NCBI GenBank assembly: GCA_965224705.1
Contig: OZ245056.1
Span: forward strand, 1,952,001 to 2,016,000
Length of the DNA stretch: 64,000 nt
Direction: 5' to 3'
Origin: Spirochaetaceae bacterium
GTDB lineage: Bacteria > Spirochaetota > Spirochaetia > DSM-2461
Position numbers and translations under genes: made by a program. The notes under the pieces are model-generated. The model searched no databases. It was not told where the DNA came from and saw only the letters and a list, made by a program, of their open reading frames with translations. Positions 56,565-64,000 of this stretch are shown one piece after another. Each line of letters opens with the position of its first letter. Within the stretch, counting starts at the first letter, position 1.

Positions 56565-58793
56565 ATGCAACCAGGAATCATTTACACGTACACAGATGAA
56601 GCCCCTATGCTGGCCACCCATTCCTTCCTTCCCATCATAAAATCTTTCGGCAGGGTGACTGGAGTATCCATTGAAACCAGGGACATCTCCCTGGCCGGCC
56701 GTATTCTGGCACTTTTCCCAGACTATTTGAATGATGACCAGAAAACCAGTGATGCACTGAAAGAATTGGGCGAATTAGTTAAGAAACCGGATGCCAATGT
56801 GATTAAACTCCCGAACATATCGGCCTCCATCCCTCAAATACAGGCCGCCATAAAAGAATTGCAGGATAAGGGATATGCTGTTCCAGACTACCCTGAGAAT
56901 ATCCTGAACGATGAGAGCAGAGAAGTAAAGACCCGCTACGATAGGATAAAAGGAAGTGCTGTGAATCCCGTCCTCCGTGAGGGAAATTCAGACCGCCGGT
57001 CACCATCAGCCGTTAAGGAATATGCAAAGGCCAATCCCCACTTCATGGGAAAATGGAATCCAGATTCCCTCACTCATGTTGCCAGTATGAAAAAGGGAGA
57101 TTTCTTTGGAAGCGAAAAATCCCTTCGTATCGAGAAGGAGACCAGTTTCCGGATTGAATACACGGATGATAGCGGCAGGAAGACCATACTTCGTGAAAAT
57201 GCACCCCTTGAGCAGAATGAAATCCTGGATGCAGCCGTGATGAGCTGCCGTGAGCTTCGGGCATTCCTCAAAAGCCAAATGGACGATGCCAAAAAGAAGA
57301 AGGTCCTCTTCTCCCTCCATTTGAAGGCAACCATGATGAAGGTTTCCGATCCTGTGATTTTTGGTCATGCCGTTTCAGTTTTTTTCCAGAAAGTCTTCAC
57401 AAAACATAGCAAGCTATTTTCCTCTCTTGATATTGAACCAGACCATGGATTGCAGGATTTGGAGACCAAAATTGCCGGTTTGACTCCCGGTGAACAATCC
57501 TCTGTGAAGGCCGATATGGCCGAATGTATGGAATCAGGTCCGAAACTGGCCATGGTGAACTCGGACAGGGGAATTACCAATCTCCATGTTCCCAGCGACA
57601 TCATAATCGATGCATCCATGCCGGCTGCAATCAGGAATGGGGGAACAATGTGGGGGCCGGATGGTCAGGAAAAAGACATGAAGGCTGTTATTCCCGACCG
57701 AAGCTACGCAGGTGTTTACCAGGCTGCTATAGATTTTTGCAAGGAACATGGTGCATTCAATCCCGCAACTATGGGCAGTGTATCCAATGTTGGTCTGATG
57801 GCCCAGAAGGCCGAAGAATATGGCTCCCATGATAAAACCTTCATCGCCGAAGGCCATGGTACAATCAAAGCCATTGATAGAGACGGTCATGTCCTTCTGG
57901 AGCAAAAAGTTGAAAAAGGTGATATTTTCCGTATGTGCCAGGTGAAGAATGCCCCGATACAGAACTGGGTAAAACTAGCTGTCAGCCGGGCCAGAGCCAT
58001 AGATGTGCCAGCCGTGTTCTGGCTGGATGAGAACCGCCCGCACGATGCCATATTGATAGAAAGAGTGAAGAGCTTTCTTACAGACCTCGATACAGACAAA
58101 CTTGAAATCATCATCATGCCTCCTGCCGAAGCCTGCCGATACACTCTGGAACGTACCAGAGCCGGCCAGGATACAATTTCCGTAACCGGTAATGTTCTCC
58201 GTGACTATCTCACCGATCTGTTTCCCATACTGGAACTGGGGACAAGTGCAAAAATGCTTTCCATCATACCATTGATGAAGGGCGGCGGTCTTTTTGAAAC
58301 AGGTGCCGGCGGTTCCGCTCCGAAACATGTTCAGCAGCTTCTGGAGGAAAACCATTTACGGTGGGATTCTCTGGGGGAATTTCTGGCTCTGGCTGTTTCA
58401 TACGAGCATCTGGCCGATGTTTTCAGAAATAAAAGGGCTGCCCTGTTGGGAAAAACTCTGAATGAAGCCACCGGCATGCTTCTGAACAACCGGAAATCTC
58501 CTTCCCGGAAATGCGGGGAACTTGATAACCGGGGCAGTCACTTTTACCTGGCCATGTACTGGACTCAAAGACTGGCCAGCCAGGATGAGGATGACGAGCT
58601 GAGAAGGATTTTTGCTGAACCGGCCAGGGCTCTGGCCGACAGTGAAGAGGCAATTATAGCCGAACTCAATGCCGTTCAGGGGAAACCTGTTGACATCGGC
58701 GGTTATTATAAACCGGACAGGACAAAAGCCGATTCTGTGATGAGACCCTGCTCCATGTTCAACCGGATTATCGATTCCATGGGTAATATCTAG
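56565..58793 (+). CDS. icd: Monomeric NADP-dependent isocitrate dehydrogenase
   Basis: [57 protein letters not shown]. Confidence 0.97.
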   Translation: MQPGIIYTYTDEAPMLATHSFLPIIKSFGRVTGVSIETRDISLAGRILALFPDYLNDDQKTSDALKELGELVKKPDANVIKLPNISASIPQIQAAIKELQDKGYAVPDYPENILNDESREVKTRYDRIKGSAVNPVLREGNSDRRSPSAVKEYAKANPHFMGKWNPDSLTHVASMKKGDFFGSEKSLRIEKETSFRIEYTDDSGRKTILRENAPLEQNEILDAAVMSCRELRAFLKSQMDDAKKKKVLFSLHLKATMMKVSDPVIFGHAVSVFFQKVFTKHSKLFSSLDIEPDHGLQDLETKIAGLTPGEQSSVKADMAECMESGPKLAMVNSDRGITNLHVPSDIIIDASMPAAIRNGGTMWGPDGQEKDMKAVIPDRSYAGVYQAAIDFCKEHGAFNPATMGSVSNVGLMAQKAEEYGSHDKTFIAEGHGTIKAIDRDGHVLLEQKVEKGDIFRMCQVKNAPIQNWVKLAVSRARAIDVPAVFWLDENRPHDAILIERVKSFLTDLDTDKLEIIIMPPAEACRYTLERTRAGQDTISVTGNVLRDYLTDLFPILELGTSAKMLSIIPLMKGGGLFETGAGGSAPKHVQQLLEENHLRWDSLGEFLALAVSYEHLADVFRNKRAALLGKTLNEATGMLLNNRKSPSRKCGELDNRGSHFYLAMYWTQRLASQDEDDELRRIFAEPARALADSEEAIIAELNAVQGKPVDIGGYYKPDRTKADSVMRPCSMFNRIIDSMGNI

Positions 58794-58894
58794 TCCGTAT
58801 TTCTCCCATTCGGGATTTACATGGTAATTTCCTTGAAGAAGAACAAAGAAAATGCAGGCAAGGGTCGAAAACCCCAGCCAGAGTTGATCTGAAC

Positions 58895-59512
58895 TTATCG
58901 GCTCACAAATCTGTTTCCCCTTACATACCACCTCCACAAAGTATCACTGCCCTTCCCTGGAGTTATCCCTGTCCGAGGGCTGCACCCTATCTGTTCCGAT
59001 GCAGCAGGAAACCCATGCAGTATGGAGATTTTCCCGAAACCAATACGGATACCATTGCACTCCTCAACCGTGATACCAAAGGCTGATGTGAGTTTTCCAG
59101 GGCCATCCGTCAGTTTTCTGTAAGCCATACTTTCTACTTCAACTTCAGGGGGTATTTCCACACCATACCGGTTCAGCCACATCTTTCTTACACCACCAAG
59201 GGGTTGGCAGGCTCGAATTAAAACAGCCTGGCCATTGGTCATACTGCCAGTCACCACATTGAAACAGAGGTGGATGCCATAGATTCGATACACATAGGTA
59301 TAGCCGCCTGGAAGGAACATCGGCGAGTTTCTTCTGGTTTTACCCCGGAAAGAATGAGATGCCGGATCATCTTCATGATAGGCTTCAGTTTCAACGATTA
59401 TCCCTTTTATAGAACCGTAGACCAGTATCCTGCCCAGTAAATCCGGTGCCACATCATAGGCCTCACGAGTAAAAAAGAAATCATCCAGCAAAGAATTTTC
59501 AGGGGCTTTCAT
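58895..59512 (-). CDS. 3-methyladenine DNA glycosylase (Mpg/Aag family)
   Basis: IVETEAY, DPASHS, YVY.IYG.H.C.N, AVLIRA, GPGKL. Confidence 0.92.
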   Translation of the reverse strand: MKAPENSLLDDFFFTREAYDVAPDLLGRILVYGSIKGIIVETEAYHEDDPASHSFRGKTRRNSPMFLPGGYTYVYRIYGIHLCFNVVTGSMTNGQAVLIRACQPLGGVRKMWLNRYGVEIPPEVEVESMAYRKLTDGPGKLTSAFGITVEECNGIRIGFGKISILHGFPAASEQIGCSPRTGITPGKGSDTLWRWYVRGNRFVSR

Positions 59513-60840
59513 TAAACCAGAAGTAAACGGGTTACTTCGAAATACACGGTTAAACCAGCCACATCGATAAGAGTGGACATGAGAGGTCCGGCTGCTACAG
59601 CGGGATCTCCCCCAACCCTGTCAATCAGAAAAGGCATAAGACAGCCAAGCAATGTGGCAAAGAGCACAACCGCTGAGAGGGATGCAGCGACGGCGAAGGC
59701 CTCTGTAAGTTCTACCCCAGGCGGCAGAAGGAAACTCCGCAGAAAAATCACCAGGCCAGTCGCTGCAGCAATGGCTGTGCCGGTAGCCAGTTCCTTGAGG
59801 AATGCTTTACCAACAAGGTTAAGATGAAGATGCCCGGTGGCAAGACCTCGAATGATGAGGGTGGAAGATTGAGTCCCGGAATTTCCTCCAGTTTGAATGA
59901 TGACCGGTATGAAAAGGGCAAGAAATGCGAACTGCTTTATCAGTTCTTCATATCCGGCCAGAACATTGGTGGTGATGGTTCCTGCGAGAAGGAGAATGAT
60001 CAGCCATGGCAGACGCCGCCATATTAAATGCGGCACAGAGGATTCCAGATATTCCCTGGGTTCCCCGCCAATGGCACTCATCCTGTAAACATCCTCACTC
60101 TGCTCCTCACGGATAACATCAATCATATCATCGAATGTGACTATGCCCAGAAGCCTGTTCCACCGATCAACAACGGGAAGGGACAGGAAATCATGACTTT
60201 CCAGAACTCTGGCCGTTTCTTCCTGATCGGTGTCCTCTCGAACACTGATCACACTGCACTGCATGATTTCAGCAATTCTCTTATTGTCCGAGGCCATCAG
60301 GATTTCCCTCAACGAAACAACACCATTCAAGCGCTGAAGATCATCAACAACGTAAACATCATAGATAGTTTCAAGGTTTTCAGGAGCCCTTCTCAGAAAG
60401 GCAATGGCCTGACTCACCGTGATTTCGCTGCGGATAGCAGCATACTTGGTTGTCATTAAGCCGGCCGCATCGTTATCATCGAATCTCAGCAAAAACTCAA
60501 CTTCCCTGCGGGCCTCTTCATTCAAGTGACCCAGGACATCCGATCGCACTTCCGGCGGAACGGTTTGTACAAGGTCAACAAGATCGTCTGGATCCATCAC
60601 TTCAAGAAGATCTCTTGTAGTCTGTTCTGAGAGGACGGTGAGCAGGTTACGCTGATCAACCGCCTGCAATTCACCGATCAACTCACCCCGGGTTTCCTGA
60701 TTCAGGGCAAGGAAGATTCTGATTCCATCTTCTTCCGAGAGTTCATACCAGCGAGCCGATAGATCGGTCACAGTGTATTCTTTCACCAACTCACGAAGCT
60801 CGTCGGGATGACAGTTGAGCAGGGTTGCCCATGTATCCAT
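59512..60840 (-). CDS. mgtE: Magnesium transporter MgtE
   Basis: CBS pair, RLPWL, GGNSGTQS, DPAVAAGP.MST.IDV. Confidence 0.95.
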   Translation of the reverse strand: MDTWATLLNCHPDELRELVKEYTVTDLSARWYELSEEDGIRIFLALNQETRGELIGELQAVDQRNLLTVLSEQTTRDLLEVMDPDDLVDLVQTVPPEVRSDVLGHLNEEARREVEFLLRFDDNDAAGLMTTKYAAIRSEITVSQAIAFLRRAPENLETIYDVYVVDDLQRLNGVVSLREILMASDNKRIAEIMQCSVISVREDTDQEETARVLESHDFLSLPVVDRWNRLLGIVTFDDMIDVIREEQSEDVYRMSAIGGEPREYLESSVPHLIWRRLPWLIILLLAGTITTNVLAGYEELIKQFAFLALFIPVIIQTGGNSGTQSSTLIIRGLATGHLHLNLVGKAFLKELATGTAIAAATGLVIFLRSFLLPPGVELTEAFAVAASLSAVVLFATLLGCLMPFLIDRVGGDPAVAAGPLMSTLIDVAGLTVYFEVTRLLLV

Positions 60841-61763
60841 CAGTTCATTCCTGCATAGAGAATCTCAGCTTCCAGACGGAAACCAGTTCGGGATTCCACT
60901 TCTCTGGCGACCTCATCAATAAGACGCCGAAACTCCATGGCTGTTGCCCCTCCAAGGTTTACAAAGATATTCGCATGCCATGCCGACACGGCCGCTCGGC
61001 CGATTGTAAACCCTTTGAGGCCGCACCTTTCAATTATTTTTCCTGCAGGAGAACCAAAAGCCCTGTTGTTCTTAAATGCACTGCCGGCACAGGGAGCCCT
61101 GTAATGTCCCTTATCCTTCCTGTCGAAGTAGTGATCCAGCATCTTTTTTCTAAGACTGGTGGCACTACCCGGAGATACTTTGAACCCGCCTCGTAGAATG
61201 ACATCCTGACCAGCTTGAAAAGGTGAGACTTTGTAACTCCACTGCGATGAGTGAAACGGTATACGGCGGATCTGACCATCCGGTTTCATCACATCAACCC
61301 ACTCCAGGACATCAGCAATTTCAGCATCGTAGCACCGGGCATTCATCCAGAGTGCACCCCCAATAGAACCAGGCATGCCGAAAAGGAAATCCAGACCTTC
61401 CCAGGCATTGGAACCCGTCGTCCATGCCGCTGTAGAAACATTCATTCCAGCCCCAATTACAAGAACATCATTCTCAAATGAATACTCATTGAAACTCCCG
61501 GTATCGATTACCAGATCCCGAATACCGCCATCAGCAACCAGGATATTGGAACCACCGCCCAGAACAAAGTAATCCAGTTTTTCACTTGCACATACGGCGA
61601 GAAGAGTACGGAGATCATGCTCATCACCTGGTACAGCATACATGTCTGCACACCCGCCAATGAGCAGTGTAGAATGACGCCAGAGAGGTTCCTGTGGAAG
61701 TATTATCCCAGAAATGTTGAATTCTTCCAGTAAATTTGTTATTTTCCTCTGCACAAGCATCAT
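60840..61763 (-). CDS. murB: UDP-N-acetylenolpyruvoylglucosamine reductase
   Basis: LGGGSNIL, PGSIGGA..MNA, AGSAFKN, HANIFVN, LEAEI. Start 61763 or 61760. Confidence 0.93.
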   Translation of the reverse strand: MMLVQRKITNLLEEFNISGIILPQEPLWRHSTLLIGGCADMYAVPGDEHDLRTLLAVCASEKLDYFVLGGGSNILVADGGIRDLVIDTGSFNEYSFENDVLVIGAGMNVSTAAWTTGSNAWEGLDFLFGMPGSIGGALWMNARCYDAEIADVLEWVDVMKPDGQIRRIPFHSSQWSYKVSPFQAGQDVILRGGFKVSPGSATSLRKKMLDHYFDRKDKGHYRAPCAGSAFKNNRAFGSPAGKIIERCGLKGFTIGRAAVSAWHANIFVNLGGATAMEFRRLIDEVAREVESRTGFRLEAEILYAGMN

Positions 61764-61801
61764 CTTATTCCTGGCGGGGAGTAACCGCAACCGGAGTCGA
61801 T

Positions 61802-63217
61802 ATGAATCCCCTGCATCTATACAATTCAGATGGCCGACAGATACAGAAATTTATCCCATTGAAAGAAGGTGAAGTGGGAATCTACTGCTGCGGCCCTACC
61901 GTATACAATTATGCCCATATTGGCAATTTACGCCCATACACCCATTGGGACATCCTTCGACGTACCCTGCAGCGCTTCGGCTACACAGTCAAGCATGTTA
62001 TGAACATCACCGATGTAGGACATCTTAGCGGCGATGGGGATGAAGGGGAAGACAAGATGATTGCCGGAGCCCGTTCCCGGGGAATGACTGTCTGGGAAAT
62101 TGCCAAATTTTACACCGAGGCATTTTTCTCCGATATTGAGAAGCTCAATATTCTAACACCCACAATAATCTGCAAGGCCACTGATCACATTGATGCCATG
62201 ATCAACCTTGTGAAGCTTCTGGAAACCAGGGGATATACCTACAGTTCTGCCGGGAATATCTATTTCGATTCAGCTCAGTTTCCCGAATACGGGCGCATGG
62301 CCCTTCTTGAGCGTCAGGATCTGCAGCATGGTTCCCGTGTGGAAATCGATACAAATAAGAAAAATCCCCTGGATTTTGTTCTCTGGTTTACAAAAAGCAA
62401 ATTTGCCAACCAGACCATGCTCTGGAATTCCCCATGGGGCAGGGGGTATCCTGGATGGCATCTGGAATGTTCGGCCATGAGCTCACAGTACCTGGGAGAA
62501 AGATTCGATATACACACCGGTGGAATAGATCATATTCCAGTTCATCACAGCAATGAGATTGCCCAGAGTGAAGCTGCCTTTGGCCATAAATGGGTGAATT
62601 ACTGGATCCACAATGAATTTCTCATCATAAAAAGTGGAAAGATGGCTAAGAGCAAGGGGAATTTCATCACCCTTAAAAACCTTATCGATGAGGGCTACCA
62701 GGCACTTGACTACCGTTATTTTCTTCTAGGCGGCCACTACCGTTCTCAACTTGTATTCTCCAAAGAATCCCTGTCGAGTGCCCGTTCTGCCCGAAAAGCA
62801 CTCACTGGCCGAGTGGCCGCTCTCATCAAGGAAACGATGCCATGTTCTCCTGATCTTCTCGGACCGTCCGTTCTATCCCGGCTCAAGAATTTCGATGCTG
62901 CTCTTGGAGAAGACCTGAACACCCCACGAGCCCTGGCAGAGCTGTGGAATCTCCTCAAAGATGGCAAAGTACCCCCGGCAGAGAAACTCGCTGGAGTCCT
63001 GCATATGGATGAAGTTCTCGGTCTGAATCTTCACGAATCCGGCTTTGAATCTGAAGAAGCCGCTATGGATGCAGAATTGAATCAACTCATGGATGAACGG
63101 AGCAAAGCTCGATCGAAAAAAGACTGGGCATCAGCGGATCGGATACGGGAAGAACTTCTGGCAAAAGGATGGAAAACTGTTGATTCGCCAGAAGGTTCAA
63201 GATTGGAAAAAGTGTGA
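61802..63217 (+). CDS. cysS: Cysteinyl-tRNA synthetase
   Basis: CGPTVY, HIGN, PGWHLECSAM, KMAKS. Confidence 0.97.
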   Translation: MNPLHLYNSDGRQIQKFIPLKEGEVGIYCCGPTVYNYAHIGNLRPYTHWDILRRTLQRFGYTVKHVMNITDVGHLSGDGDEGEDKMIAGARSRGMTVWEIAKFYTEAFFSDIEKLNILTPTIICKATDHIDAMINLVKLLETRGYTYSSAGNIYFDSAQFPEYGRMALLERQDLQHGSRVEIDTNKKNPLDFVLWFTKSKFANQTMLWNSPWGRGYPGWHLECSAMSSQYLGERFDIHTGGIDHIPVHHSNEIAQSEAAFGHKWVNYWIHNEFLIIKSGKMAKSKGNFITLKNLIDEGYQALDYRYFLLGGHYRSQLVFSKESLSSARSARKALTGRVAALIKETMPCSPDLLGPSVLSRLKNFDAALGEDLNTPRALAELWNLLKDGKVPPAEKLAGVLHMDEVLGLNLHESGFESEEAAMDAELNQLMDERSKARSKKDWASADRIREELLAKGWKTVDSPEGSRLEKV

Positions 63218-63256
63218 AATATTTTTTTGTAACTTCAACAATCTCAGGTAGTTTTG

Positions 63257-63781
63257 ATGATTGATGATGATTCTCACGAATCAGCTTTTACCGAGCTGTT
63301 TGATTCATTTTACAGTGAACTCCTCAATGTAGCCTGGCATATTTGTGGACATGAGGACGTTGCAGAAGAGTTATGTCAGGAAGCGTTCCTGCGATACTAT
63401 GAGCGTAGAAAACATTTGCCAAAGGGAATTGAAGCCCGGTACTGGCTGATACGGGTGCTCAAAAACCTGGCATACAGCCATGGGAAACGTCTGGGGAGGG
63501 AGAGAGAGGTTTATCAGACATACCAGCCGGGGGAAAACACCCGGAACGAAGGTGAAGAAACCGTTATGGCCGAAGAATCTCGCCGCTTAATTCGGAAATC
63601 TCTTGCTGAAATACCATATAAATTGAGGATTGTATTAGTTTTGAAAGAATATACAGGTTATTCCTATGCAACCATTGCAAAGATCTTGCGAATCACTGAG
63701 AATAATGTTAAGATTAGAGTTTACCGTGCCCGGAAGCACCTCTCCAGATTATTAGAAAGGGAGGATTTATATGTGCCATGA
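63257..63781 (+). CDS. ECF RNA polymerase sigma factor
   Basis: Region 2 AEELCQEAF...WL.R; region 4 SY..IA.IL.I...NVK.R..RAR..L. Confidence 0.88.
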   Translation: MIDDDSHESAFTELFDSFYSELLNVAWHICGHEDVAEELCQEAFLRYYERRKHLPKGIEARYWLIRVLKNLAYSHGKRLGREREVYQTYQPGENTRNEGEETVMAEESRRLIRKSLAEIPYKLRIVLVLKEYTGYSYATIAKILRITENNVKIRVYRARKHLSRLLEREDLYVP

Positions 63782-64000
63782 TGATGCTGTTCTTTCAGCT
63801 TGTTTTGACAGCGAACTCACACCGGATCTCAAGCAGGAAGTGGAGACTCACGTGAAAGAATGCCCTGCCTGTAAGAAAACTCTGGAAGAGTACACCTTCC
63901 AGAAAAAACTGCTTCATACGCATATTCAATCTTCCCATTTCGAAGCAGATGCCAGAAAAAAAGCCTGGTATTGTATCAGCCTATTGAAGCAAAACAGACT
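63771..64000 (+). CDS. Zinc-binding anti-sigma factor (zf-HC2), 3'-truncated; not in the ORF track
   Basis: Hand translation MCHDDAVLSACFDSEL...VETHVKECPAC (HxxxCxxC). SD GGAGG; overlaps the sigma stop. Confidence 0.82.
   Translation, partial: MCHDDAVLSACFDSELTPDLKQEVETHVKECPACKKTLEEYTFQKKLLHTHIQSSHFEADARKKAWYCISLLKQNR

Overview
Bacterial chromosomal window, most consistent with a Spirochaetia genome (CheX, spirochaete-like ParE/ParC and lipoprotein signals; this is inferred from gene content). It opens inside a giant acidic surface protein (more than 2000 aa) with about 16 SwmB/Ig-like repeats and a DUF285 block. The rest is mostly housekeeping: oppABCDF, ddl, metF, aroQ, an acyl-CoA synthetase, pckG, class II nrdJ, CBS-pyrophosphatase, pncA, metK, amrS, parEC, tsaE, rnz, htrA with a two-component system, proC, ptsP, a glycosylation operon, aroB, icd, mpg, mgtE, murB, cysS and an ECF sigma/anti-sigma pair. 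The main unexplained structure is intergenic. (1) An apparently intact 1255-bp insertion sequence encodes an atypical IS1-like transposase, and its terminal inverted repeats (GTGTCAGRAAGCTTGT) also bound several non-autonomous elements. Two of these, about 220 bp each, show compensatory base-pair changes, and three family members start exactly at host stop codons. (2) A second MITE family (GGAGYCTGTCGGACTT ends) sits in the nrdJ leader and in every spacer of the glycosylation operon. (3) There is an ISAs1-type MITE with a perfect 10-bp target duplication, plus IS630 and Rpn remnants. Also notable are a membrane-anchored CheA-like kinase lacking CheW with CheX/CheY, and many apparently leaderless genes. 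No rRNA, tRNA or CRISPR array was seen.
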